A stretch of 64,000 nt of DNA from a virus. Taxonomy: Duplodnaviria > Caudoviricetes. Shown here piece after piece: positions 51,997-63,238 of the stretch. Position 1 is the first letter of the stretch. Each line of letters opens with the position of its first letter. The position numbers and the translations under genes are program-made. The notes under the pieces are model-generated. The model saw only the letters and a list, made by a program, of their open reading frames with translations, did no database searches and was not told the origin of the DNA. Location: the IMG/VR virus record IMGVR_UViG_3300028797_000093. One strand, 5' to 3'.

Positions 51997-52325
51997 ATAT
52001 GAATATAGGGTAGTAGTTACAGCTACTACCCTATACTTTTATTCCACCCGAAAGGAGGTGAAATAAAATGACAAGTCTTACAGCTTCCCCTAGTATCTCT
52101 AAGATTGTTAAACAAATTAGAGACTTCCCCGAAGACCGTCATTCACATGTTCTGTCACCTATAGAAAAAGAATGTGTTGATAGGATGGTAGATAACTTTA
52201 TGAAAAGTCCAGTTATAAACTTATATTTAAAATTTAAAGTAAGTGAAAAACTGGCACTCCTCTAATATAAGAAGATATGGAGCTAGGGAATTGGTTTCTC
52301 TAGCTCCACTTAATTTTATTTTTTT
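51997..52325 (+). repeat. duplicated mini-gene module, copy 2
   Basis: Leader and terminator nearly identical to 47738-48075. Confidence 0.85.
52068..52265 (+). CDS. small protein, paralog of 47810-48001
   Basis: Same RBS context and shared motifs. Confidence 0.75.
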   Translation: MTSLTASPSISKIVKQIRDFPEDRHSHVLSPIEKECVDRMVDNFMKSPVINLYLKFKVSEKLALL

Positions 52326-52596
52326 AAGCATTAAAATACTGCAATAGCTTGGATGATCTATCGAATAGTTCTCTTGATTTATTCATCATCTTATCTACAT
52401 CAAAACTATCTTCTATTTCTTCCTTAGAAGGCTTTTTATCTTTCTTTTCCACTAATTTCTTTATAGGTTTTAAGACTTTCTTTTCCTCTTCTTTTTCTTT
52501 TTTCTCTGGCTTCTTTACTTTAGCCAGAAGATCTTTCATACCTTCATTTATGATAATAGGATTTTGTGATGCTCTTACAATATCCATTATAGTCAA
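52324..52596 (-). CDS. small charged protein
   Basis: 90 aa, K/E-rich, GAGGAG RBS. Confidence 0.55.
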   Translation of the reverse strand: MTIMDIVRASQNPIIINEGMKDLLAKVKKPEKKEKEEEKKVLKPIKKLVEKKDKKPSKEEIEDSFDVDKMMNKSRELFDRSSKLLQYFNA

Positions 52597-52667
52597 ACTC
52601 CTCTAGATTTTATTACTACTATGTGGTATATATTCTATCATAATTCTACCTAGATAGATAGTGAGAG

Positions 52668-52679
52668 AACATTAAAGTA
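52668..52679 (+). promoter_or_regulatory. AR9-type late promoter AACA-N6-TA
   Basis: AACAttaaagTA upstream of the tape measure gene. Confidence 0.6.
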
Positions 52680-52719
52680 AATAAAATAGACCATTTTAAA
52701 GGCGGTGATTTATTAGGTC

Positions 52720-55700
52720 ATGGCTTCTAAAGTTAAAGATATAGAAAGATCTCCAAAGGTAGCCGCTTTCATGAGAAAAGTAGGTAAATCTTTTAAGATC
52801 ATAGCTGCTGATGTTATTGAAAAGGAAAATCTAATTCCTAATACTAGAAAGCAGTTCAAGGTATATAATGATTATTTTAATGAAATGAAAATCAAAAGGA
52901 ATGAGAAGAGAGATCTCATTCAATCTGCTAGACAACTAAATAGAACCAGAGTATATGACTCTTCTAATAAATTCATGGAAAAGGCTTGGAGTGAATTAAG
53001 ATCCAATCCTATCTATGAACAAGAAAGAGAAGAATACTTTGAAGATGAAGAAGAAAAAGAGATCACCACAAGTGATCTAAATGAATCAATTCAGAATAGT
53101 GGAAAAGCCACATCAACGATGATTGGGCATGTTGGTGAGTACATTATCAGCAACATGCGAATTTCTGACAATTTACAGAAAAATAGTAGTCTGAAACTAT
53201 TGAATTCTGTCACTTCAGGATTCAAGATTACAACAAATTTCCTTGATAAGATTGAGAGTAATACATCTCAACTAAATGCTCATATGAGTAATAGTATGAC
53301 TTTCTATCAGAATATGCTGAATCTTCAGAAGCAATCTGTAGAAACTCTTATGAGCATGTATGAAAATCAGAATATTCTCAATACAAAGAATGATTATCAG
53401 CCTAATACAGATTTTGATAAAGTTTATGGTAAAGGATACTTCGACTTCGGAGAATACTTCAAAATAGTCGGAGCTAATATGTCCACTATGTTGTCTTCTA
53501 ATAATATGACTAGTGGACTTAAGTATAAGTTTATTGATCCTATTATGTCTACTGATCTTGCTAAATTGAAGACTAATCCTATAGAGACTATTCTTTCTCT
53601 TACAACAAGATTAGCTGTTCGTAATTTAGGAGCTGTAGAATCTCTCAGTACAAGAATTTCTGAGGGTATTGATAATTTCTTCCCTAATCTACTCAGTAGG
53701 ATTGCTAATCTTTCATCTTCTGATAATCCTATTATTAAGAAGATTATGAGTAATCCTATGGCTAGCAAGATTCTTGCTATCCTTGGTCTAAAAGTTGAAG
53801 AAAAGAAAACAATTGATACTGGTAAATATGATAAAGGACCTGTACCTTTTGACGGTGCAACTAGAAGAAGTATAGTAAAAGTAATTCCAGAATATCTGGC
53901 TAGCATAGAAGCTGCTCTTACAGGTAAAGAAGAGCGCTATATGGACGTAGAGTCTGGTAAATGGATTACTAAGACTAAACTAAAAGAGCGTAATAAAGAA
54001 CTCCTTGATACTGGTTTTAGAACTTCTACTAAAAATATCAGAGAGCAAATGGAAGCTTCTCTTCCAGAAGAAGCTCTTGAAGATAAAAGATATAAAGAAA
54101 CTATAGATACATTCCTCAGACAGAAATATAATATGGGTAGATTATCCATAAAAGATATTGCTGCTGGTGGTGTTGATAGAAAAGCTCTATATGATTTAGC
54201 AAGAAGTAATGGTATGACAGCTTCTGAAGCTATGAAGTTAGTGAAAACTCTAGATTCAGAAGGGGTCAAGGATGAAGCCATATCTTTTGCTTTTAAAACA
54301 AATAGAGCTAGAAATGAACAGAATAAAAGACTAGCCAATATTGAATCTATTGGTTATGATAATATAACACAAGAATTTGATGATAGTAATGAATTAGCTA
54401 GAGGTGGTAGAGTTAGAGGTCGTAGAGGTGAACCAACTCTGGCTATTATGACTGCTGGTGAAAAAGTAGTAAATACTTTTGGTCCTAGAGAAACAGCAGA
54501 AAATATTGCTAAAGAATCTGCATATGCCAGACAGTTGGGATTAACAGATGTACCTCAATTTGCTGAAGGTACTGGTGCTAATCCTATTAGATCTGCTAAA
54601 AACTTTGTCTCTAAAGCTTTTAATACTGGAAGAGAAAAGGTTAATGGGTTCATTGAGACTCTTAGATCAGACGATATGGCTGATTTAGTCCTAGAACTTG
54701 CTCCTAATGCAGATAAACAGAAAGTACAGACAATTCTAAATAAAACTGCTACAGCTATTCCTAGAGGATTAAAGGGTGCTGGTATTGGTGGACTTATTGG
54801 TTTCTTTACTGGTATGCCTCTTATTGGTATGGCTGTAGGTTCAGGTATAGGTATTGCTTCTGTAAGTGATACAGTTAAAAATCTTCTATTTGGTAAGGAT
54901 GAAAGTATCAATCCAGAGACTGGAGAACTAACTCCTGGTAAGAAGGGAATTATTCCTAAGTCTTGGGTTAATTTTGCTAAGAAAGCACTTCCTAATGCTA
55001 AAGCTGGAGGTATTATAGGTGGTGTCGCTGGTCTTCTGACTGGTGGAATTGGTATACTTCCTGCTGCTATTATAGGTGCTGGTGTTGGTACTGTTCTATC
55101 TTCTAATACAGTAAAAGAATTTTTATTTGGTAAGACCAATGCTGATGGTACTTTTGAAGATACTGGTCTTATTAAGAAGAAAGTACAAGACTATGTAAAA
55201 CAGAAAGCTCCAGGTATGGCTTTAGGTGCAGTCAGTGGAATGGTTTCCACTCTACTGGGTGTTGGACCTTTTGGCCTGCTTGGTAATGCTGTTCTTGGTG
55301 CTGGTACAAGTCTATTAGTTACTAGTGATAAATTTAAAGATTTCATGCTCGGTAAAGAGGATGAAAATGGTAAGAGATCTGGTGGTCTTCTTGGTGATCT
55401 TAAACTAAGAGTACTAGATCCTCTAGAAAAAGCAGGTAAAGAGCTTCTTGATGAAGCTAAGAAGTTCTTTAAAGTAAATGTATTTGATAATATTAAGAAG
55501 TTTCTTGGAACAGCTGGAGGTCTTATTACTAATACTATAGCCGATTTCAGATATATGATGGCTAATATGATGAGTAATGGATCTGTTCCTATAGATGAAA
55601 CTTTAGGCAGTTATACCAGAGGAGCTATTAATTTTGGAAAGAAAGTACTCACAGCACCAGTAAGACTAGCTGCTGGGATTGCTACTCTCCCCTTTAGAGC

Positions 55701-58700
55701 TCTAGGTGGAATTTCTAATAAAATTACTGATAGAATGATCTCCAGAGGCAATGCATCTAATATGACTGCTCAGGAGAGACTTAACTATCGTAGAACTAGA
55801 AAAGGTAGATTGGCAAGATATAGTGATAGATATGCAGAAGCTGATAAGACTCTAGCTAATGCATCTCTTGAAGATCTAAGAAAACTATATGTAGTATCAG
55901 ATCTAGGTGGTCCTAATATTGAAGGATTCACATCTACAGCAGCTGATATTATTCATAGATTTACAGATTTTCTTCTTAAGAATAATGAGCAGCTTCCTAT
56001 TAAAGAGAAGAATATTAGAATTCTACAGAAAGATCTTGCTCATGGAGACTCTGATGGGTTCTCTAAACATCTAAATTCTCTTAAGGAGCTTAACTCTACT
56101 CAGAAAGCTAGAATATATGATTATATTGATAATGATCTTGTAGTTCTACAAGAACTTAAAGACAAACAAGGAGATCTAAGAGCTTCTCAATCTAGAAGTA
56201 TAGATTATATCAAAAAGACCTTTGGTATCAAGGGTAAGTTTGATAGACTCCAGCTTAATAGATTTAATAGAAGCCTCAATAAGGAAATTAGTGCTAGAGA
56301 AGCTGCTGAAAAAGCAGAAGAAGATAAGACTAATATTATAGATCCTGAAGGAAATCAATATGAGAATGCTTTCAGGAATGTAGTATCTGAGAAACTAGAT
56401 AAACTGATTAGTCTTCTTAGTGATGAAGTAGAAAATACTGATCAAATTAAGAAAGACGCTCAGAAAACTGTAGAAGAAGAACAAACTGTAGCAGGTAGAG
56501 CTGGTTTAACGAGAGATGAGAATGGAAATCTCTCTGTTAGAGAAAATGCTAATGCTACAGCATCTCGTAATAGATTTAATTTTAGAAATAAAATTACAAA
56601 GTTTAGAGAAGATCTTAGAGACAGAAGAAGAACTATGAAGAACCATATTAAACTAGGATTTAGTTATGGTTGGGGTGCTTCTAGATATCTAATGCAAAAC
56701 GGGATTAATCTGGGAAATCTAGATCCTGCTCTTATTAAAACTTTAAAGAAACTTAATCTAAAGATCAATAGTAAAGATACTGCTACTCTTGAGTATATTA
56801 TTAAGTCTGAGAATAGAGATAAGCTGCTAGAGCTTATTGATATCATCAAGACTAAAGGACTATTTGATCTTAATTCTAATGATATAATAACTTTAGACGA
56901 ATATATTGAAAATAATAGAGAAAATTATAATAATATAGTAGAATTCTTTAATCTTGTATTTAAAAAAGGTAGATATAGATTAAGATCTAGTGGAGATTTA
57001 TATCTAATTCTAAATAAAGCTGATATTTCAAATAATGGATTAGGAAATTTAGATAGAAATCTTAAGTATTTTAAATTTACTGGAGAATATGATAACGCAG
57101 AATCTGTAATAAAATTTACAAATAATGATATTAAAGATCTTGATCCTAGTGAAGGAAACAGACTTGGTGCTACTATTAGATATGCTCCTAAGAAAATAGG
57201 AAAACTAATTAAATCTACTGGTAAAAAGCTAGCTATGACCAAAGCAGGCCAAGCCGTAATGAAGTTTGGTCAGCAAGCTCTATACGGTAGAGAAGAAAAG
57301 AAAGATGAAGTCACTGGTATTTTTGATTTTGTAAAAAATTATGGTATCGTTGGTGGCTTCAGAGCTCTATTTACCGGAGATGAAAACAGCAAGAATAAGT
57401 TCCTAAAGAATGGTGGTCTCTTTGGAGCTGTCAAGAGTGGAGCTAAGAATGTTGTAGGATTCTTCTTTGGTAAAGATAAAGATGGTGCAACTATATTCCA
57501 GAGACATGGTTTACTAGGATATATTCCTGCTGCTATCTTTGGAGATGAAAGATCTCCAGGTTTGCTTGGGAATACTCTTCTAGGTAAAGGTGTTAAAATA
57601 TTTGGTAAGATTCTTAAGGGTCTACTAATAGCTGCAGTTGCTGCTCCTATTGTAGGTCAAGCTGTACATTTCTTAAAAACAACTCTGAAACCTGTATGGG
57701 CTACTATTTTGCAGCCTTGGTGGAATGAGCATATTACTCAACCTCTCAAAGAGAAGTGGGAAGTTTTAAAGAAAACTCTCTTTGGAGAAAAGAAAGTTAA
57801 AGATGAAGATGGTAATACATACTATGAAGGTGGATTACTAAGTGGTCCTTTAAATGCACTTCATGGTCCTATTACTAAGATTAAAAATTTCTTTGATGGT
57901 GTTAAAACCAAATGGAATGAAGCAGAAGAAAAATCTGGTTCTAAAACCATTGGTGGTGTATTAAAGTATTTCTTTACCGGAGATGGAAAACTAGTAACCA
58001 GAGGATCAGATGGTCTTTGGTCTAGTAATAATTCCTTAATAGGAAATGCTCTTAAATTTATTCTAAATGGATATAAATACGTTGCTCAAGATATAGTAAC
58101 TCCAATTACTGGATTCTTTAAAAATAGTGTTCTTCCATGGATAGAAAATACTGCTGCTCCATGGTTATCCGGACTTCTTCAGACACTATTTCATAATATA
58201 AATCCATTAAATAATGATCATTGGGATGATTTTTCTAGTAGCACATTGATTACTCGTGGTGGAGGAGAAATAAATACACAACCTCCAACAGGAGATAAAA
58301 CAGATAATAATATTTCAATATATGATCCATCAAATTACTATTACGACACAGAACGTGGTGGAGTAATTGATAGTAGATCTGGAAGTTTTGTTAATAAAGA
58401 AGACAATCCAGAGATATATGAAGAATTTAATTATAACGGTTATAAAGTAGTAACTCCTGGATATGAAGGAACAATTATTAAGAAATATGCAAAGATAACT
58501 ATTACACCAGTCAATAATTATATTGATGCAAATTGTGATAATATTTATCATATTAAAGGCACTTATGGTAAGAAGAATACTGATAAGATAGATGCTTACT
58601 ATAAGAAAAATACTAAAAAGAAACTATATGTTCCAGCAGTAGCTGTATCGTTAATTGGTATTACAGCAGCTGAGCTAATAAATCCATTTAACGGTGTAGT

Positions 58701-61164
58701 AAATGCTGATAGATTAAATAATTTTGCTAAACTAATTACCGGAAAGAATTATCAAGGAAAACAAATATACTATTGCGTAAATAATGAAACCTATTATGTA
58801 AAGAATGATAAAGGTACAGAACTAGTAATTATTTCATCTTCTTTGGTAGAAGAAAACGGTGATCTAAACACCAGAAATACTGGTGGTAGATCAAGAAATC
58901 ATATCTACCAGAATGATCCTAAGATTAGAAATACTAGATTTGGTAAATCTACTATTGGAGATGCTGGATGTGGTCCTGTAGCTGCAGCCAATCTTATGGG
59001 TGGTGCTCTAGGATACGCTACAGATTATGCTCAAAAAGGTGGATTTGTCAATAATGATGGTTCTACATCTATAAATTATTTCACCTCAATGTTTAATGGT
59101 AAGAATACTACCAGTAAAGAAGAGGTTAAGAATAGACTAAAGAGTAATAAACCTGTTGTACTCCTTGGTAAGGATGAAAGTGATGGTGTCTATGGTTCCA
59201 ATAATCACTTTGTAACTGCTAAGGGTTACGATAAGAGTGGTAATATTGTAGTAGAAGATCCTGATCTTCCTCAATCTTCTATGAGATATCCTGCTAATAA
59301 AGTTCTTAAAGGAATGAAAGCAGCATCTCTTATTGGTGGTAAGAGAAGACAGGATGAACATAAGTTTGTTAATATTGAAGGAGATGAAGCAACTCCTACA
59401 GGAAATATAGGAAGTAAAAGTAATCTCCCATCTACACAAACTTCTTCTTACGATATTGGTTATACTGGTAGTGATACCAGTACAGGATCTAGTGATACTA
59501 CTAATACTATATCTAGCATTTTTACAAAGCTTGGCAATCTTGCTAGTTTAATATTTAAGAAAACATTTGGTATCACCTGGAATGATATTACTGGATCTAC
59601 TGATACTGGTGGTAGTACTACTGTAGGTTCAGGATCTACTCTTTTGGGTGATAATCTTACTAGAGAAGCTGTTGCTAAAGGTAGCCAGAGAGATAGGATT
59701 ACACAAATAGCTCTATCTCAAGTAGGTTATAAAGAAGGCAGTAATAATAATACTAAATATGGTAAATGGTATGGTTATAATAATAATCCATGGTGTTTGA
59801 TGTTTATTTGTTGGTGTGCTAATCAAGCTAATATCCCTCAAGATATTATTCCAAAGATAGCATCTACAACATCTATGGTAGATTGGTATACTAGTAGAAA
59901 CAGATTTTTCAACAGAGAAATGTATGTTCCTCAAGCTGGAGATCTAGTATTCTTTACAGATAACGGTATGAAATCAGGACTCTATCATACTGGTCTTGTT
60001 GTTGGACTTGCTGGAGCTACTCTATATACAGTTGAGGGAAACTATTCTAATTCTGTTGTAAAAAGAGAATATACTAATTATCTGACTAATAGTAAAATAT
60101 ATGGATTTGCATCTCCTAATTATAAGGATGATAATAAACAAGTTTCTTTCACTGTAGATGATGGTTCTTCTGGTTCTGGTAATGAAGGATCTGTAAGTGT
60201 ATCTCCTGATAAAGAAACTATATGGAAATTCCTGAGAAACAAAGCAGGTCTCTCTCCTGTTGGAGCTTCTGGACTGTTTGGTGCTTGGGAAGCAGAAAGT
60301 GGTTTAAAACCTAAGAGAGTAGAATATGATTATTCAAAGAAATTCCCTGGTTATGATGCTATGAATAATCATGATACTATGAATAATTTCACAAAGAATG
60401 TACTGTTTAAGCAATATGATTCTCAAGGACTTAGATATAATGCTAATGCATATTATGGATCTGATGGAAATCTATATCCTGGTCTTGGACTAGCTCAATG
60501 GACAGGTCCTAGAGGACAGTCTCTATATGAGTATACTAAGAAAAATGGATATAATTCTATCTTTGATACTGATGCTCAGCTAAATTATGCTAAGTCTGAG
60601 TTTGATAAGAGTTATCCTAACCTTATAGGAAAACTTAATAATGCTGCTACACCTGAAGATGCTGCTAAGGTTGCTCTAGATGGTTATGAGATGTATAGTG
60701 GATTTGCTGATAAGCGTCCTGATATACTTGCTCCCAGAGCTAAGAATGCTAGAGCATACTATGAACAGTATAAGGGTCTTGGTAGAGATGATAGAGAAGA
60801 GATATATAATAATCCTATAGCATATGGTCCTGAGAAAGTAGTAACTGCTCAGGCCAGAGATGAAGGTTCTTATGTATCTTATGATGAGTATTTGGAGACT
60901 ATTGTTAAGATTCTTCTTACAATCTCCGATAACACTAATGCTGTTAATACTATTCTTGATATTATGAATAAAGAAGGAGCTAATCTTAGTGCTAAAGCTA
61001 GAGAAGATATCTCTAATGCAGTAAAATCTAGCTCCAGTATCCAGAATCTTAAAGATTCATTGAAAAATAGTATGTCTGGTAGGAGTACTGGTATATCTTC
61101 TATGATTGGTAACTCCAGAACAGACTTAATTATTAAAACAATGAAAGAAATAGCTTCACAGTAA
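52720..61164 (+). CDS. tape-measure-like tail protein with C39-like peptidase, CHAP and phage tail lysozyme domains
   Basis: 2814 aa; Gly-rich hydrophobic repeats; YQNDP..GCGPVAAA..HFV; WCLMFICWC..GDLVFF..HTGLV..TVEGN; EAESGL..GLGLAQWT. Confidence 0.85.
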   Translation: MASKVKDIERSPKVAAFMRKVGKSFKIIAADVIEKENLIPNTRKQFKVYNDYFNEMKIKRNEKRDLIQSARQLNRTRVYDSSNKFMEKAWSELRSNPIYEQEREEYFEDEEEKEITTSDLNESIQNSGKATSTMIGHVGEYIISNMRISDNLQKNSSLKLLNSVTSGFKITTNFLDKIESNTSQLNAHMSNSMTFYQNMLNLQKQSVETLMSMYENQNILNTKNDYQPNTDFDKVYGKGYFDFGEYFKIVGANMSTMLSSNNMTSGLKYKFIDPIMSTDLAKLKTNPIETILSLTTRLAVRNLGAVESLSTRISEGIDNFFPNLLSRIANLSSSDNPIIKKIMSNPMASKILAILGLKVEEKKTIDTGKYDKGPVPFDGATRRSIVKVIPEYLASIEAALTGKEERYMDVESGKWITKTKLKERNKELLDTGFRTSTKNIREQMEASLPEEALEDKRYKETIDTFLRQKYNMGRLSIKDIAAGGVDRKALYDLARSNGMTASEAMKLVKTLDSEGVKDEAISFAFKTNRARNEQNKRLANIESIGYDNITQEFDDSNELARGGRVRGRRGEPTLAIMTAGEKVVNTFGPRETAENIAKESAYARQLGLTDVPQFAEGTGANPIRSAKNFVSKAFNTGREKVNGFIETLRSDDMADLVLELAPNADKQKVQTILNKTATAIPRGLKGAGIGGLIGFFTGMPLIGMAVGSGIGIASVSDTVKNLLFGKDESINPETGELTPGKKGIIPKSWVNFAKKALPNAKAGGIIGGVAGLLTGGIGILPAAIIGAGVGTVLSSNTVKEFLFGKTNADGTFEDTGLIKKKVQDYVKQKAPGMALGAVSGMVSTLLGVGPFGLLGNAVLGAGTSLLVTSDKFKDFMLGKEDENGKRSGGLLGDLKLRVLDPLEKAGKELLDEAKKFFKVNVFDNIKKFLGTAGGLITNTIADFRYMMANMMSNGSVPIDETLGSYTRGAINFGKKVLTAPVRLAAGIATLPFRALGGISNKITDRMISRGNASNMTAQERLNYRRTRKGRLARYSDRYAEADKTLANASLEDLRKLYVVSDLGGPNIEGFTSTAADIIHRFTDFLLKNNEQLPIKEKNIRILQKDLAHGDSDGFSKHLNSLKELNSTQKARIYDYIDNDLVVLQELKDKQGDLRASQSRSIDYIKKTFGIKGKFDRLQLNRFNRSLNKEISAREAAEKAEEDKTNIIDPEGNQYENAFRNVVSEKLDKLISLLSDEVENTDQIKKDAQKTVEEEQTVAGRAGLTRDENGNLSVRENANATASRNRFNFRNKITKFREDLRDRRRTMKNHIKLGFSYGWGASRYLMQNGINLGNLDPALIKTLKKLNLKINSKDTATLEYIIKSENRDKLLELIDIIKTKGLFDLNSNDIITLDEYIENNRENYNNIVEFFNLVFKKGRYRLRSSGDLYLILNKADISNNGLGNLDRNLKYFKFTGEYDNAESVIKFTNNDIKDLDPSEGNRLGATIRYAPKKIGKLIKSTGKKLAMTKAGQAVMKFGQQALYGREEKKDEVTGIFDFVKNYGIVGGFRALFTGDENSKNKFLKNGGLFGAVKSGAKNVVGFFFGKDKDGATIFQRHGLLGYIPAAIFGDERSPGLLGNTLLGKGVKIFGKILKGLLIAAVAAPIVGQAVHFLKTTLKPVWATILQPWWNEHITQPLKEKWEVLKKTLFGEKKVKDEDGNTYYEGGLLSGPLNALHGPITKIKNFFDGVKTKWNEAEEKSGSKTIGGVLKYFFTGDGKLVTRGSDGLWSSNNSLIGNALKFILNGYKYVAQDIVTPITGFFKNSVLPWIENTAAPWLSGLLQTLFHNINPLNNDHWDDFSSSTLITRGGGEINTQPPTGDKTDNNISIYDPSNYYYDTERGGVIDSRSGSFVNKEDNPEIYEEFNYNGYKVVTPGYEGTIIKKYAKITITPVNNYIDANCDNIYHIKGTYGKKNTDKIDAYYKKNTKKKLYVPAVAVSLIGITAAELINPFNGVVNADRLNNFAKLITGKNYQGKQIYYCVNNETYYVKNDKGTELVIISSSLVEENGDLNTRNTGGRSRNHIYQNDPKIRNTRFGKSTIGDAGCGPVAAANLMGGALGYATDYAQKGGFVNNDGSTSINYFTSMFNGKNTTSKEEVKNRLKSNKPVVLLGKDESDGVYGSNNHFVTAKGYDKSGNIVVEDPDLPQSSMRYPANKVLKGMKAASLIGGKRRQDEHKFVNIEGDEATPTGNIGSKSNLPSTQTSSYDIGYTGSDTSTGSSDTTNTISSIFTKLGNLASLIFKKTFGITWNDITGSTDTGGSTTVGSGSTLLGDNLTREAVAKGSQRDRITQIALSQVGYKEGSNNNTKYGKWYGYNNNPWCLMFICWCANQANIPQDIIPKIASTTSMVDWYTSRNRFFNREMYVPQAGDLVFFTDNGMKSGLYHTGLVVGLAGATLYTVEGNYSNSVVKREYTNYLTNSKIYGFASPNYKDDNKQVSFTVDDGSSGSGNEGSVSVSPDKETIWKFLRNKAGLSPVGASGLFGAWEAESGLKPKRVEYDYSKKFPGYDAMNNHDTMNNFTKNVLFKQYDSQGLRYNANAYYGSDGNLYPGLGLAQWTGPRGQSLYEYTKKNGYNSIFDTDAQLNYAKSEFDKSYPNLIGKLNNAATPEDAAKVALDGYEMYSGFADKRPDILAPRAKNARAYYEQYKGLGRDDREEIYNNPIAYGPEKVVTAQARDEGSYVSYDEYLETIVKILLTISDNTNAVNTILDIMNKEGANLSAKAREDISNAVKSSSSIQNLKDSLKNSMSGRSTGISSMIGNSRTDLIIKTMKEIASQ

Positions 61165-61265
61165 TAATTAACGTAATAAAGTTGAGTAGGTTCATTTTTG
61201 AGCCTACTCAACTATATATTAAATAAATACAAGTCTTTCTAAGATAATAGAGAGGTGATTATATA

Positions 61266-63152
61266 ATGGCATATAAGTCTAAGCAATTGATTAGTAATGA
61301 GATTCCTGTTACTTCTGATGGGACTTCTATGGGTCCAGCTCATCAATTATATAAAAATGCAGTTGTATATGTAAATGCTGATATGAGTGGTAGTAAGCTT
61401 ATCAATGGTATCACTCATTATTTTGTATATACATATGGTAGAACATCAGATGGTTATATAGATTCACGAAATCTAAAAGAACCAGAAGATATCAATACCA
61501 ATATGTATCCAAGTACATCTACAAATCTTCCAAGTGGATATCAAACTGCAACTGAAAGAGCAAATCAAGCTCAATCTATTAATAGCTATAGTGATGATCT
61601 TGGTGAAATAGATCAATGGGCAGCTTCTGAATATGCTTATCTTAGTAATGGTATAGAAATAGAATACGATGTAAGTAATATCAGAGCTGCTATGGCTATA
61701 TTTGGACTACCTTATCAGTTTCTACCACATGTAGATATGAGAATGTCTGCTGTAAATGCTACAAGTGGTATGGGAAATGTATATGGTGATGCTCTAAGAA
61801 TTAATAATGGTTTAAGACCATCTTCTGATCTAGTATCTGAAGCAGATGAGTTAGGTCTTGGATATAGATGGATGTATAATATCTATGATAAGATGCCTCT
61901 TCTACTTATGACTCCTGGTAAAGCAAATTTCCTCAATAAATATACTCATGAGGAAAGAGAAAGTGTTGTAACCATGCTAGCTTCTGCTTTCCAGAGTGGA
62001 GCTGATAATGCTGGTGCTCTTTCTGATGTATTTGAAAAAGAAGGAAGATATTATGAATTCAATGCAGATCTTGCTACTTATTATCACTACGTAAATCCTA
62101 TGTGCAGAGCTGCTGCTATGTTTTTAGGTATTGGAGATAAGACTATAGATGACACTATGACAGGTGCTGGAACTCCTCTAAAGAAGGCATCATGGGATAG
62201 CTTTACATCTACTAGACTAAAATCATTCCAAGATCTAGGATCTACTGGTTTTATTGGATTTTATATTGACACTCCTAGTGAGATTAGAGAGTCTTTTGGA
62301 AACCAGACCAGTGAGAGTAGTCTAAAAGGAATGGCAGACTCTATATCTGAACAAGGTAAAGAATTAAATTTCCTATTTGGATATGGCGCATCTGCTCTTG
62401 ATATCAATGATACTGAGATATCTAATTCTATTGCTGAATTGGCTAATGATATTTCAAGATTGACTTCTAAGAATAATATACTTAATAGTATTACTAAACA
62501 TCTACAAACTGTTGCTTCAGGTGGTAGATTGGTATTTCCAGAGATTTGGTCTAACTCTAGCTTTGATAAGTCATATAATATAGATATTAAGCTAGTATCT
62601 CCTGATGCTGATAAACTTAGTATATATCTAAATATCATTGTTCCTCTTATGCATCTTATTGGTCTTGTTGCACCTCGTACTAAAGGAAAGAATACAGGTG
62701 GTATGAATCAGAATGCTTACTTCCAACCTTTCCTGGTTAGAGCTGTTTATAAGAGCATGTTCTCTGTAGATACAGGTATTATTACTTCTATGGATATCAG
62801 TAAAGGTGATGAAGGAAGATGGACTCCTGATGGTCTTCCTACTTCTGTTACTGTATCTTTTACTATTAAAGATCTCTATCAGGTAATGTCTATTTCACCT
62901 ACAGAGTATCTAGAAGGTGGTATGCTTACAGGTGTTGGTAGTGACACTTATTGCAATACTACTCTCATGGATTATATAGGAACTCTCTGTGGTGTAAATA
63001 TCTTTGAGCCTGATGTTAAGAGAGCTGTAGATATGTGGTATATGATGAATCTTGGTAATTCTGTTAATGATATCATCAAAACAGATGTCTTCACTGGAAT
63101 ACAAAACAGCATACAGAATGTTGTTCAATCCTGGTGGAGAGGTGGATATTAA
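61266..63152 (+). CDS. putative baseplate/tail structural protein
   Basis: 628 aa after the tape measure gene; FPEIWSNS...PFLVRA...GIITSMDISKG...WTPDGLP..VTVSFTIKDL is tube/baseplate-like. Confidence 0.55.
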   Translation: MAYKSKQLISNEIPVTSDGTSMGPAHQLYKNAVVYVNADMSGSKLINGITHYFVYTYGRTSDGYIDSRNLKEPEDINTNMYPSTSTNLPSGYQTATERANQAQSINSYSDDLGEIDQWAASEYAYLSNGIEIEYDVSNIRAAMAIFGLPYQFLPHVDMRMSAVNATSGMGNVYGDALRINNGLRPSSDLVSEADELGLGYRWMYNIYDKMPLLLMTPGKANFLNKYTHEERESVVTMLASAFQSGADNAGALSDVFEKEGRYYEFNADLATYYHYVNPMCRAAAMFLGIGDKTIDDTMTGAGTPLKKASWDSFTSTRLKSFQDLGSTGFIGFYIDTPSEIRESFGNQTSESSLKGMADSISEQGKELNFLFGYGASALDINDTEISNSIAELANDISRLTSKNNILNSITKHLQTVASGGRLVFPEIWSNSSFDKSYNIDIKLVSPDADKLSIYLNIIVPLMHLIGLVAPRTKGKNTGGMNQNAYFQPFLVRAVYKSMFSVDTGIITSMDISKGDEGRWTPDGLPTSVTVSFTIKDLYQVMSISPTEYLEGGMLTGVGSDTYCNTTLMDYIGTLCGVNIFEPDVKRAVDMWYMMNLGNSVNDIIKTDVFTGIQNSIQNVVQSWWRGGY

Positions 63153-63238
63153 TTATTTAATTAATCCTAAACAGTTTAATAAAGGATACAGGAATTATCC
63201 TGTGTCCTTTATTTTTAGTATACAATGGAGTTTAATAT

